From contig OZ287068.1 of assembly GCA_965645245.1 (NCBI GenBank), positions 1,860,001 to 1,924,000 on the forward strand: DNA of 64,000 bases. Direction: 5' to 3'. This DNA is from Massalongia carnosa (Eukaryota). Positions within the stretch are counted from its first letter, which is position 1, and each line of letters opens with the position of its first letter. The notes below the pieces were generated by a model. The model did not search any database, had not been told where the DNA came from, and saw only the letters and a program-made list of their open reading frames with translations. Below, piece after piece: positions 51,245 through 64,000 of this stretch. The position numbers were made by a program, and so were the translations under genes.

Positions 51245-54082
51245 TGTTTATTGTGATTTGGGTCTCAATCCGTCGGTCAAGCTCGAATTGAGTATTCTCA
51301 CCTTTGAGAAAGCAGTCAATTCATACAAACAATGCTATCCATTCCGAGAGAGAGTCTCTCTGGCTTGATTAACACTGTCCATTCTTCCTCTACGGCCAAC
51401 AAAGCTGGCTTTGTGAACGTGATCATTGCTTCTTCCTCTCTGTCGTGTGCCCCTTTCGTGCAGCCCGACCGGGCAGACCCATCACATGAGGCTAGCGCAT
51501 ACAGTCGGGTGAGGAATAAAACAATTCACTCGGAGCGCGGTTTTCCATGGTCGGGTAAAGATTCTCGCAAAGGATGAACGGGATACCAACTGCTCTTCCC
51601 CCTTTGAACATCTCCACTTCTTTGCATGCTGGACTCCACCATCAGTAAGCCAGATTTCCATGCCATTACTAAAGGAGACTCAAGCACCCCAACTTGGCTA
51701 CATAATGCATCATGTCAAGCATTGTGTGTTGTGCACAAAAAACCGGCACACGGAACGCCAAAGGGAAAGTGGAATCGAGATTTATGCATTTGTGCATTTG
51801 TGCACTTGTGCAACGGTAGACGCGCCCTATGGGACTGCAGTCTTGCAGCGGCTTGAACCTTGAATGTAGAAGTCGGAAGGCAAACCCTCCAAGCGGATTT
51901 CAGGAATTGTTCGATTGTCATCCGGCCAGGGACTGCAGGGGAAGCACACGGTTGCAAGGATAGCCTTGCGATGCCCGACTCCTCAGTCACCGTAACCGAC
52001 CGTACTATACTCAATCGGGTATAAATTGTTTTCTTTTCGCGGTGTCGGCACCGGTTGGGCAGGTAAGATGCCGACGCCAGTACCAGCGATTTTTCTCGTC
52101 TCCTTCTGTTGGGATTGTGATCGCGTTCATAGATGCGACCCCTCCAATCTGTACCCTGTACCTTTGTTTTTGGGTTGTTTCAATCAGTCGTACCAGTCCG
52201 AAATGCAACGAGGAAGAGAGAGAGGGAAGGAAGGCTCGATGTGTTGTCACTGCGTGAAGCGTGAAGATCAGGGTGGGGAGGACGGAGGCGGGGCTCGCAT
52301 TTGTCCTTCGCGTCTTGCAGTGTTTTTTTTCTTTCATTTCTTGGATAATTGCTCGCATCTGATTGGTCGGCTCACGACTATTATTGATGGTGTTTACGAG
52401 AGTAGCCAATTCAGCAAACTCCGTAGTATATTCTCATTAAAATCGCTCGTCGTAGCTTCGTGATAGCTGTAGAAACGCCGCTATGGCATTCTGTATGCCT
52501 GCTTAGCTCTGCGGTCTACACGTTCCCCTGGTTCGGTGACGTTGAATGATCAGGATAAAACTGAGCGGCAGGGCTACAGAACAGAGAAGGTCGCTAACTC
52601 AGAGGACAAGATGATGGGTCCTGCAGCGTAGACCTGTCAGCCACAGACCCCAACTTTGCTTTTCGATTCCCTTAGCGTGGACCTGACTTGACCGAAATGT
52701 ATCCGTAAGATTCGCGAACGGTACAGAGTGTTCTCATAAACAATACTTCAAGACCTTTTTCAGGTCTGCTTTAGCTGGACTACTTTGAGAAGCTACTGCG
52801 GTAGAAATGGCCATCGCCATTTAAAAGTTGTTCATATTGCTATCGTCCATTCATCATATAATGCCGATGTAGCGCTGCAAGCTTGAATCTTTCAACACCT
52901 CAACACCTGGACGTCTGATCCATTTTCTTCCGGTCTCCGTGGGTGTGTGAACTCTTACAGAGTCCCATCTTCAGAGTTAACGGCCAGCCTAGAGGGTCTT
53001 CCCCCCCCCCCAACGGGCCGTTTCTTCGATGAACTTCCGAGACTAAGGTAGCACCACCATTGATCTCATCGTACCAAAGTCCTCCTTCCTCCTCCCTTTT
53101 GGCCTTTGCCTTAACGCGCCAAAATCCTCCATCCTCCGTCCCTCCCTAGCCCTAGAGAAGGTACCACGTTAGTGTGAGGGTTTAGCAGCCCTTAGTGCTT
53201 CTACCCTAGTCTCTAGCCTCTTCGGGCCAAATTCACTCGCCCAAAAAAGTTGCGTCGGAAAAGTGAAGAGCAGAAACGGCAGAAACGACAGAAACGAAAG
53301 TACTTGTCTAGACAGAAGAGAAACGGAACAAAAGCAGGCGTCCTTCCCCCTTCCCGAGCCATGCCCTTATCCATCGGTCTACATACCAACTCACGCTCTC
53401 TAACATCCAACTACGACTGCTAACGACAGCGACAACGACAAGACCACAACGCAACACAACACTGCACCTCTCTACCTGCCGAGTTACCTTGCCTAATAAA
53501 TATCTCTAAAATTCTTCTTCCTCCAGTGTGCACATTAATCTATCACTCACAGCCATCAGTCTATCATTTTCGCCTTTTAATTCCTTCATCTTCGATTCTG
53601 TCTCTCCCACCCACCCAGGCACTCTTCGTTTACGGAGTACACATCTTCCTACCTATGAGAGGGGTCGTCGTGAAGTACCTTGGGCTTTTCCCGCAACCTT
53701 AGGTAATGCTTGGGTACGTATCCCACTCCTAGGTAAGTTTGACAATTTCAAGGCGTCATCAGCCACTGAAACCCTACTGGCTACCACTGTTCTTCACCGT
53801 CCCAATTCGCACCAATTCGCACCCAATTCGCACCCCATGTGATACCATGGGTAGGTGGGCGTGCGACAACGTCAAGCTCCATCGCTAACATGCCAGCAGT
53901 CACGTCTTTTCGCCTGACAGAACAGGAATTGATAAACCCACCACAGTCTTTACACCGACTGGCTCAATAGATTGCCACGTACCGCGACCGACCCTCACCG
54001 TGTTGTTATTGCCAATGCCAGCAGGCAGTGACCCGATTTTCTTGATTGTCGCAGTATTAAGAGTTCTTTCTCCCTCTACATT

Positions 54083-55816
54083 ATGCGCGAGTTAAGACCT
54101 TTCAAGCTACCTGAGCTGTTGGAAGCTAGGCGCAAGGAAAACGAGGAAACGACGATGGACGCGCCCGATTCAGCCCTGATCGGGCATGGACTGCATCTCT
54201 CAACATCCTCAACCTCATCTGGGGAGACCCCTTCCCCGACAACATCAACGTTCTCCCTACGAGGGCATTCTCGATTCCCAAGCTCCGCTTCGTCCCTTGC
54301 CTCGTCCCCCATTGTTCGCGAGTCAATGGACGGATTTGGTACTCAAAAGCGACCGCTCACCGACGTGAAGGAGGAACCTCATGAAAGAGAAGAAGATTTC
54401 GAGATGATCAATAACGTTGATACAAATCACCGCCATGGTAAGCTTCATGAACCTTCTTAGCTCCACTACAACCTCCATCGATGAAATAGCGCAACATTGA
54501 ACTCTTTGGCTAACATCCGCGTAGGCGACATGTTCATGAATGCACTAGACATTAATCTCCGGCGCGGAGAAGACGACTGCCTTCCTTCACCATCGGACTA
54601 TGACCTCGCAGATGACGCGCAAATGGATACGGAAAGCACGTTCAATCTATCAGTGAAGAGGCAACGTGCGGGAGATTCTACCATCCACAATATTACTTCC
54701 CGCTTTGGATCTCGACTTCCATCGTTATCTCGGAAATGGCGCCACAAAAGAGCTGGAAATATCAACCCTCCAGACGACGGCTCATCTGAACAACCTAGGC
54801 TATCGCGTGCCAATTCCACACGCGCGCCGTCACTGGCAAGCTCATGCATTGATTCTTCAGAGTCGCAGGAGGCTCAGCTTCCTCCTACCCCAGCTAGAAG
54901 CATATTCAACGACGATTCCGAAGATCTACAGCTCTCAGCCATTGATATTCAAAAGGCAAATGCTTTCAGGGACAGCGACGATCTCGATGCAAAGGCGTCA
55001 ACTCCCCTCCTACCTCCTATCATGGCCCAATTCCCGTGTCACGTGCCAGACGTGCCCTTCCAATCTCCCTTGCAGTCGCCAACTGTTGCTCAGTCTCCAA
55101 CCTTTGGTGATCATGATTCCATTGTCAACTCTCCAGTGCAGGGTTCATACCTGCCTGGGCTGCCCTCCCCTCCGCTGTCAACCAAGCCATCCGTCTCGTC
55201 GTTCCATCGCCAAAGAGGTCTCAGCCAGATCTCACCGTCCTCTGACATCCCATCAATGCTTCTCTCCGTCCGAGAAGATGAGTGGTCAAACCAGCTTGGC
55301 CACGCAAATTTCACCATTCAACCAGAACCCTATCTTCCCGACCGCTTCAACGTCGATGCCTGCAAGCGCCTTCGCTCCGATTGGGATCTAGCTCGCTGCA
55401 ATTACATGAAGCATCTTATGCGCACCGGTGAACACTACGGCGCCACTTCAAAGATCTATCGCCTTACCGAGGAGAAATGGGCCGGTATCGACACGCTATG
55501 GAAACGGAATTCCGAACTCGTTCTCTGCCGCACCGCAAACAATGGTTTCGAAGCCGAGCTATCGCTCAGCCACAGTTCCGTCGCAGAACCCACCCCCTTG
55601 ATGAAGTTGCCATCCTTAAACGGTCCTCGCAGCGAAGGCAAATTTCCCAAGCTCGGTGATGAGGATATAGTTGGGCCGATGGAGCAAATCGCCAGCCAGT
55701 TGCAGCAACGGCGTCCTTCGCGGAAAGCCGGGTTTCTCAAATTTCTCCATGGAGTCATACCATCGGGCGCTGGAGCCTTTGCTCGGAGCGTTCGGTCGAG
55801 ATCTGCTTCGCCGTGA
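54083..55816 (+). CDS. Fungal Pro/Ser-rich hypothetical protein (2 exons)
   Basis: MRELRPFKLPELL start; intron ~54437-54523; DEWSNQLGHANFTIQPEPYLP, RTGEHYGATSKIYRLTEEKW, KFPKLGDEDIVGPM. Confidence 0.82.
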
Positions 55817-57499
55817 TGATTGCTGGACGATTCCTCAAATCTATGGTGACAGGACCCCAGATTGATTCTACTTTCTTTATACATTACCCTTTAACTCGAT
55901 ACCCATGTGCATACCATTACGACTCTTTACGATGATGATAAACGGCCATCATTATACCACGTCTTTCAGACCAAGACTTTTATTACCAAATATATTCTCC
56001 TGGAACAGACGCTCCTTTGCTACTTTCCTTTCAGCCCTGTTCTCCTCAGGCCGTATCGATTCTAATCATCATCATTTCCCTTATTGTTGCATCCACCGCG
56101 GTGGCACCGGCGTTTTTTACCAACAGCTTGGGCTTGCCAGTTAAGTTGTCCAGGCTGGGGAGGTGACCGAGGGTGTTTGTTTATGCAGCTTGTGGTTTCA
56201 AGCTTAGTTTCGGAAAGACAGACTGAAAACGATGATACCCCATGTTAGAGAATGGAAAGACTCACGTCTCATTATGGGGACTTTATGCCTGTCCCTTGAA
56301 GATTTTCTTCTCGGGATTCAGGGGACGGCCATGAAGGCTAGAAAGGGGAAAGGGAACGGTTTTTCCTTGTAGCAAACAACGATTTGATTTGGGGGTAGGA
56401 TTGATTGGATGGGTGTGTGGGTGCGTTGACTGTATATAGATTGAGAGATAGCACGACATTGCTAAGACCTAACAGAACGGGGTCCAAGGAGGGGAGAGAG
56501 CAAAGGGATGCAGCATTTTAGATGGTAGAACGCTGGTTGCTAGGATTGGAGAAGTTTGCTAAAGGCTAAGGGGCTTGAAGAGAGTGGACATAACGACGTA
56601 TGTATGATGTACCCAAGGGTTGAAGGCGGACACAACAATACAACCTTGTGAACAGATACACAACAACCCTATGAACCATTCGAAAGAAATAAATCGAAGA
56701 AAGTCGAACAGTTTAATCTACACATATTCTTCCCTTATTTCCTTCCTCACTCGCCGATTGATTAATTGATTATCTATCTACCTACCTGTCCGTCTAAGCT
56801 CTACCAAAAAAAGGAAAAAGGCTTTTCCACATTTTAGAGTCTACGCATTCGTCTAAGTACCCAATCCTCCACTTTTCTTTCCCTTGCAACCGCGCAGTTA
56901 TTTAATTAATTTCTCAAGTTATTTTAGATATAAAAAAACAAAAAAACAAGTCCATAATTAAATACTTATTCTGATAGATACATACAAGTATAGATAGCAG
57001 AGGCATGTAATACTACCCACCAGGGGAAACGGAAAAAGGTTAGATGTTAGATGATGAGGCCACCATCCATATGGGCATCCATCATGAGCCCCGCGAGGTG
57101 CCTGGCAAAGTGCCTAAACAAGCAGATATGGGGTGACCGTTTAGGCTCCTAGATGTGACTGTTCTGTGACTGCTATGTAAAGCTGACAAATAGCCCACAT
57201 AGATAATTACCTTCAGTGACAATCATGCTATTTCACCTAAACTTGAATTTATCATTCATCACTCACCACTTCACCGGGTAGGATGCATGTACACCGGGCA
57301 CTTGATGCATGTACACCGGGCACTTGATACATATACACCCTCTTCCCAAAAAGGTAAAGGGCCGGCACATTTCGCACCACTTTACCTTTCTTGGTTAGCA
57401 GATGAAAAATCAGATGGTGATTTGAAAACTATGCGGCAATGAAGTTTTCAGCATTGATCTGTTGCATCTCATCAAGATTGATAAGATGACATCTTCTAG

Positions 57500-59644
57500 C
57501 TACTCGGTCGCAATTGCCTCGTCAGTCCTACCCCTTCTTCCCCTGCCCCCCCTGCCCGCCTCGCCGACCTTGTCCGCCTTGTCCGCCCTGTCCGCCCTGC
57601 CCGCCCTGCCCGCCCTGCCCGCCCTGCCCGCCCTGCCCGCCCTAGTTGCTGCTTGAGTCGCAGGCCTGGATGAGGCACGAGTGCCTGCCACCTCACCTTC
57701 ATCTCGTCGTCGCTCGCGCCCGCGCCCGCGTCCCGCTGGTGTAGCCTCGGCTCTTGCCAGAACTCGTTCGATATCCGCTGGCAGTTCATTCCCATGTTGC
57801 TCTGCTATTTCACCTTCAACGATTTCAAATTGAGATGGATTCCGACAGGTGGAGTTGTCAAATGCTTGTCTACGATTCTCCGCCCCTGCAGGACGTCCTC
57901 GAGGTTGGACAACTGCTGGTTCTTCCACCTGAAGTAGCGGATCGAGAGCTGGAATCATTGATTGGATTAGGTAAGGAAGATCTTTCAAACCTCCAATGAG
58001 GATGGACATCTTCCAAAATCAGACATCCCTCAGGTCCGAATAAACGTTCCTGCATTTTGTGACTGAATGGTAATCCGGTAGTAGTTGTAAAGCTTCCAGT
58101 GCAACGATTGACTGCCGTTGCTTGGTCCGTCAACAGTCTGTATTGATCATCCATTCTTCTCAATGCGTATGGGGTTACGAACGCCGCGATGCGATTGAAA
58201 ACTGGTTTTCGAAGATCCATAGGGTATCGCATCTTCGCTTCGTCAAAGGCTATCATGTAATTTTGTCGCTCGTTGATTAGAAGTAGGTTGATGCCATCTA
58301 CAACTGTTTTCAAATCTCCTACAGCTCAGTCAGTATTGAATGTTTCTTAGGGTTGTACTCATTACCTGTTGATACTCCGAGATGACGTTTAAGAGCTGCG
58401 TGCCCCCCCTCACCTCTAGAAGTAGTTGTGGTTCCGAAATGTAACACCTGATCGGTTTGAAATTTCACGAAGCGACGATGAAAGGACATGATGTACGTTT
58501 CTCGCAGATAATCCAAACATTCTCCATGCGTTAGATAGTAGGTGTCATTCATTCCCTGCCACGCCGACTCGTAATCAACTCTGGAAGCGGCGTATACAAC
58601 AGAAGTCCAGGCGGATATGAAGTTATCCCATTCTTCTTTGGTATTGAAGTCCTTCTTGCAATTTGCCGTCACATTCTTTTTGATATGCCAAAGACAGAGC
58701 AGATGATTCGTATTGGGAAAGATCAATCGCACGGCATTCATCAACCCACGCTCCATGTCGGTCACAACAACCACCGGATCTGGAAGTTGCAACTGCGCAT
58801 ACAACGACTTCAATTGTCCCAATGTCCACCCATAATCCACCTGCTTCTCCTTTGCCATGAAGCAAAACGCGACATATAAATTAGTATGTAGGGCCGTTTG
58901 CCCGCTGATGATCAGCAACGGAAGTTTATATCTGTTGGTTTTGTAGGTGCAATCCATGACCAGAACTTCATGATTGACCTTCAGTAGAGTTTGGGATGTT
59001 CCTCTCACGAAGAATAAGTGGGTGATCTGATTGCGAATGTCTTTCTGATAGTTTTACGTCCAGTCTTTTTGATCAAGTTCCTGCATCAATGCATGAACCG
59101 GGGTTAAAGGACCTAGAGTATCTCGTCTCAGCTGTGCCTTGATGTTGTAGATATCTCGAGGCTTGAATAACGGATTGTTGTTATCGGTGTCAATACGAAG
59201 GATGGAGAGAATCTTAGAAGGAGCTGTTTGCACGGTCAGTTGTCTAGAGATGTCGTTCTTAATCTCTTCAGTCATAGCCATTTTGCGTAACGTTGGATGC
59301 GATCCAGCAATTGTAGCTTCATGATTATGGAATGGGTTGATTACTTCCAATAACCAGGTTCCATCCACTCTGTTTCGCACCGCCGTGACCTTGAACTGAC
59401 AATCGATGATTCGAGTATTGGTATGACGTCTATCTCTGCCTCGAGGTATTCGATTGCTACCTCCCCTGTCGCAGCGCAACCAGACTTTTCTCTTGATGCC
59501 AAGATCTGATTTCTTTGATCTAGCTGTGACCACCGCGTATCCTTCTGAGCCGGCGTGAGTATTGACGCTGAGAATGAGTTCTTCCAAGGTGGAAAAAACC
59601 TGCTCATCGTGAGGAGTCAGAGGCAATCTCATCTGATTTTTCAT
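57500..59644 (-). pseudogene. MULE transposase (FAR1 DNA-binding + MULE DDE), disabled
   Basis: LRCDRGG...CQFKV....W......HNH; MDCTYKTNRYKLPL; VVTDMERGLMNA; LCLWHI; TTSRGEGGH; intron ~58365-58319. In-frame TAA at 59056-59054, LPFSH where LPCxH is expected, and a frameshift near 57960. Confidence 0.9.
57568..57642. repeat. 9-bp minisatellite (gccctgccc / gccttgtcc variants) encoding AGR/ADK repeats in the MULE C-terminus
   Basis: Directly visible tandem units. Confidence 0.9.
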
Positions 59645-60346
59645 CTGCTAACCAAGAAAGGTAAAGTGGTGCGAAATGTGCCGGCCCTTTACCTTTTTGG
59701 GAAGAGGGTGTATATGTATCAAGTGCCCGGTGTACCTTGTACATGCATCAAGTGCCCGGTGTACATGCATCCTACCCGGTGAAATGAATAACGCGGTTCG
59801 GCCAAGTCCTTCTTTTTCTTGCGGGGTATTGGGTACGGTAGGTATGGGAATACAAGGTATTTATTATTGTGAACTTTCATTTTAGTCTAGGTATTTATCT
59901 CCGGATCTTTTATATTTATTTATTTTTCTTTTCTTTTCTTTTCTTTTCTTTTCTTCGAGGTCTCTCATTTTCGGTTTTTTCCCTAGTTCTTTCGTTCTCT
60001 GAAGTTCATGGTGGTTGTCGTGCTTTGATGGATTGCTTTACTTTTCTTGGTGGATTTTTCTTCTTCTTCTTCTTTTCGTTCTTATTTATTTGAATTTTTG
60101 GGGGAATGGAAGGAGGGAAAGAATAAAAAAAGGGAGGGTTGAAAGGCGGGGGGTGGGGGGTTGGAATGGAAGGGTTGGGTGGAGGAATGAGATGAGGAAG
60201 GGGAAGAGACGGGAGGAGATAGAAAAGGGATAGGAAGAAGTAGAGTGGAGTGGAGTGGATGTGATTGACTAAGTGCTTTCTGTTAGCTTCTGCCTTAGCG
60301 GAACCTTTGCAAGCTATGACAAAAGTCCACACCCGCCCCAATCACA

Positions 60347-61390
60347 TTACCTGACCCTACTATCTAACCCCAACCGCTCCACAACCGCCATCTCCACCAC
60401 CCCCTTCAGCGCCCCCTTCAGCGCTAACAACTCCCTAATACCGCGGTTCATCAGCTCTGGCTTGGCACCGTCCTGCACCCGCAGCGCTGCTTGCAGGATG
60501 TAGGAGCCGGACGGGTCGAGGAGGCGAGTGTGCGATGCAAGGTGGGCGTTGGAGGGCAAGGGCGAGGAGGAGGGAGAATGGGGAAGGGGGACGCTGGGGC
60601 GGAAGAGTAGTAGGGAGGTGGAGAGGTGGGAGAGGCGGTGGCCGTGGATGATGTGCGTGCTTGTGTAGCTGTTTTTGGATGTGGGGAAGGGATTGAGTTA
60701 GATTCGGTAAGGAAGAACGCCTAATACTGGAGGGGCGTTTGGAACGGAGGGCCTGGGGAGGTGGAGAACGTACTTATAATCGAGCGCAGACATGAACGCG
60801 ATGGGGTCTGCAGACCTTAGTTTCAGGTCGTGGATCAGGCGGGAGGTGACGGGGCGGCGGCCGCCCACTTCGGGGAGGTCGCGGAATTGGAGCGTCCAGT
60901 TTTCTGCGGAGGATTCATAGGGCTCAGGAGGTTCGTCGAGAGGGGTAGAGGCGGGGTTGGGAGGTCGAGTGTTCTATTAGATGAGCGTAAGAGATTGATG
61001 GCGAATATGCTTTTGAAATATGGTTTAGTGCAATTAACATACAATCACCTCTCCCCTTTCCTCCTCCTTAACACCATCCCTATCCTCTCCCCCCGCTTCC
61101 CTCCCTTTCTCACCCTCCCCGCCCTCTATGTCGGCCACAAGCTGCAGATAAAACACATCCCCCTGTGTCTGTGCCTGCAGTGCCTGCACCTGCGACGCTG
61201 ATACCCCTTGCACGGTACCCGTGGAAGGAGCCGAACGGGCGGTGGTACCGGGGGCGCTCTCTGTGGGTTTGAAAATAAGGCGTTTTTCGATATAGGGTTG
61301 AGGTTGCATGGCAGCGATGCCAGCTAGGATAGATAGGACTTGAGAATGGCGGGAGGAGGGGACTTGCCCGAAAAGGAGGAGTTCGTGCAT
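60347..61390 (-). CDS. MED18: Mediator subunit 18 (Srb5)
   Basis: MHELLLFGQV...LAGIAAMQP, W.LQFRDLPEVG.RPVTSR, LLDPSGSYILQAALRVQDG, R..LDSRV. Confidence 0.92.
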
Positions 61391-62048
61391 GCTTAGGTTC
61401 TTTTTTGAGTGCGTAAGGGATTGGGGGTTGGGATGGCTTGCTAAAGAAGGAAGCAGAAGATGACGAAACTGGGCTTTGAGGAAACGCTGAGATTTAGAAA
61501 TGAAAGCTGAAGGAAGGAATTGGATTGTACGATCAAATGCGGTTATGGATGTAGAATACTTGGGAGCTTTTCCATGACAATACTCTTTACCGCCTTATGG
61601 ACCATCGAAGGAATTCCCATGGGCACAACTTCAACCAAAATGATTACTAGTGAGATCTTAGCGCATTCTTGTAGGGCGCAATTGCTTGAAGAGCTGGATA
61701 GTCGGTGAAGCCATAACCAAGAGCATTGCGCATTTGTGATTGGTCGAAGCTGTCACATGCCAAGATTAGATTCCGAGTCGCCGGAGAATTCCGGAATATC
61801 GGCGACTTACGGGCCCGACCGGTGTTCGGTCCGTACTGTACAGAGTACGGAATTCCCTATTTTGCCTATATAAATCGTAGCGTGCCCCATTCCTTTTTGA
61901 TTCCTACATTCACTTTACACACAGGCAGTAGCTCACCAAGGGTAACCTTCCTACCGTCTTGGATGAGTCTACCAGCCAACTCTGCCTCTACTGTACAATC
62001 CTTGACTTGCGCTGACTAAGTTACCCTTGCTTCCAACCAACATCGAAA

Positions 62049-62540
62049 ATGAACTCCACACGTATGCTCCTCCAAGTTGCTGAACACCGCACTCCCCTCA
62101 TCAAATTCGTAGGGAAACGTTCTCCTCAGAGTTCGTTGTCCTCTCCTTCTTTCATCACAGATGCTTTAATAACCCTTCATGCCTCAGAGCCCGCAGATCC
62201 CACCCCCCATGCTCATCCCGCTTCCCCGTCCTCGTCCCTTCCGGATTCCTTCGTCCAATACCGCTCCAAAGCCCAACAGCACGGGCCGCTTGGTCACCGC
62301 TCCAGTTCCTCAGCTTCGTCTTCATCGTCCTCAGCGGCGCCAACATCGTCGTCGTCGTCGGCAGCTTCACTAGCGTATGGAGCGATCGGCGGGCATTCTG
62401 GGAAGTCACTGGGGAGTGTGGATCCGCCAAAAGGACAGTTTTTCGATCGTAGCGAGCTACCTGCTAGATTCGGGAGGATGAAATGGACTGGGGCGGAAAT
62501 TGAGGCCGTGGAGACCGGAGGGGCGAGTGTGGTTGCTTAG
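62049..62540 (+). CDS. KGD4: Kgd4/Ymr31 (MRPS36 family)
   Basis: HRTPLIKFVGKR, HAHPASP..SLPDSF..YRSKAQQHGPL, FFDRSELPARF....W...EIEAVETGGA; probable intron 62131-62187. Confidence 0.9.
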   Translation: MNSTRMLLQVAEHRTPLIKFVGKRSPQSSLSSPSFITDALITLHASEPADPTPHAHPASPSSSLPDSFVQYRSKAQQHGPLGHRSSSSASSSSSSAAPTSSSSSAASLAYGAIGGHSGKSLGSVDPPKGQFFDRSELPARFGRMKWTGAEIEAVETGGASVVA

Positions 62541-63005
62541 GCAAATAGAGTTGGGGAAATGGCGGTCATTTGATTTATAAATAAACGGTCTTGGTGTTCA
62601 ATACAGGCGAACGGCGGGTAGGATGGGGTTTATAGAGTACGGCTCAGTACGACTGTATGTAAAGGGGACTGGCCATGAAACTTGTATATAGAAGTTGGAT
62701 TCGCGGGTAGAGTAATAGATCCTCCCTCGCTTTCCGTAGAAGAGCAAATACTGTCGTGAACGATCGATATAGGGGCTTTTAACACTGGTGTACTTTGTAT
62801 CGGAAACAGGTAAAGAGAGACGAAATGAAGAACTTCTAAGTCAACGAAATGGAGCATTTACATTGATGATCATATAATCCTCTCTAACATGAAAGCCAGA
62901 AATATAAATGCTGCTTATGCTGAGAAATCAAGGCCTTTCCGCAAGAAACCAAGACTGCTGTCAGAGCATCTACCTGACCCATGGCAAACCCGGGAACTCG
63001 CAAGT

Positions 63006-63497
63006 TTACTGCTTCCCAGTCCCCTTCTTCACTTTCTTCCACCCTTCGAGCGTCACCTGAAAGTCATCCGAGAACCTATCCCACCGCTTCAGTCCATCCT
63101 CTCCTACTGTATACCAACCCGCCTTCTGTGATAAAAATATATGGGCAGTCGCCTGACCCAACCCTCGTTCGACGCTTTCTTCATCAATGGTTCCCGCCGC
63201 GATACTCATCTTCTCAGGCTCACAGGCATATTTCATCGTAATCGGCGTCCCGCACGCAGAGCAATATCCGCGCTCAGCGACATCCGAAAGATACAGAGTT
63301 TGCAAAGAAGCGCTAGGGTCGAGAGTGACGGACGAGGTGGGGAAGTCAGCGAACGTTAGGAACGCGGAACCGGATAGGCGGCGGCACATGATGCAGTGGC
63401 AATGTTGGATGTCAGATGGGAGAGAGGTGCTAGTATATTGCACCCTTCCACAACAACAGCCGCCTCGAAGGACGATAGAAGACTCAGCATTGGACAT
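63006..63497 (-). CDS. GFA / CENP-V / Mss4-like zinc-binding protein
   Basis: GGCCCGRVQY, HCHCIMCRR.SG, RGYCSACGTP, AHIFLSQKAGWY. Confidence 0.92.
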   Translation of the reverse strand: MSNAESSIVLRGGCCCGRVQYTSTSLPSDIQHCHCIMCRRLSGSAFLTFADFPTSSVTLDPSASLQTLYLSDVAERGYCSACGTPITMKYACEPEKMSIAAGTIDEESVERGLGQATAHIFLSQKAGWYTVGEDGLKRWDRFSDDFQVTLEGWKKVKKGTGKQ

Positions 63498-64000
63498 AAT
63501 GAAAGCCGACGGAAGAAAGCTTTAAGAATATATGGATATTTGAAGCACCTGGTAAACAGCAGAGATTTGATATTTTAGTAGAGACCGCTCTGTATCGGGT
63601 GAAGAAAAGAAGATAGCTAGCAAACTAACTATGATAGGAAATGACTTCAACATGACGTGTTTCGCAAGAAAACAGGTTATTTCGATATTAATTCAGCGGA
63701 AAGCTCGGAATTCACAAGAGATACGAGGAGCATCTGGCTGTTGAAGTTGGGTGGAGGTTTGGCAAGCGCGGAAATGGAAGCCGCCTCCTCTCTTATAGGG
63801 CTGAAATTTATGCATCTAGGCATTTTTGCTAGGGCTTCTATCTGAACATTTTACCTCATTGACTCACCTATTTAGATCTCGGGATGCAAAAAGTGCTTCG
63901 TGCCACTGATCGTGCCAAACACCAGGCTCAGCGGAAACTTCTCAATAAGATCTCTAAGAACAATGCTGTTCAACGGACGTTGCGAAAGCGAGAGTTTGAT

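Larger units (their letters stand above)
57270..59783 (-). mobile_element. Mutator-like (MULE) DNA transposon, ~2.5 kb
   Basis: Left TIR 57270-57416 is identical to the reverse complement of 59630-59783 except for a 7-bp insertion (cttgtac) in the right TIR. Encloses a MULE transposase. Confidence 0.93.

Noticed and set aside
51332..53842. Several short ORFs, some Cys-rich, between PNKP and the 54-kb gene
   Set aside because: No coherent exon structure or motif; more consistent with a long promoter and 5' leader.
57282..57340. 22-bp direct repeats resembling a CRISPR-like array
   Set aside because: Eukaryotic context, no spacers, and they are internal repeats of the MULE TIR.

Overview
Intron-containing filamentous ascomycete (Pezizomycotina) genomic DNA, judged from GT..CTRAC..YAG introns and the gene set; I cannot determine the species. 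1-14 kb is accessory-like: the 3' part of a large BTB/POZ gene, a GMC oxidoreductase pseudogene, a complete Tc1-type (DD34E) transposon with TA TSD, a PTH11-like membrane protein gene and an internally deleted Fot1/pogo element. 14.5-45 kb is a dense housekeeping block: PEP12-like syntaxin, CYT2, MVD1, ELP1, COX8, ILV6, Tag1-like, ARG3, an unidentified gene spanning a 200-N gap, palA/RIM20, ALG11, COX18, MLH3 and a hypothetical. 46-48 kb holds a decayed secreted-protein gene built of one-exon-per-module Cys-rich (STIG1-like) repeats, which the ORF track largely misses. It is followed by PNKP, a hypothetical, a Mutator-like element with ~150-bp TIRs but no visible TSD, MED18, KGD4/YMR31 and a GFA-domain gene. 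I found no clearly demonstrable novel system. The best leads are the modular Cys-rich gene, the TSD-less MULE, recurrent C-rich-to-G-rich skew units and a weak structured-ncRNA candidate. Gene names come from recalled motifs, not database searches.
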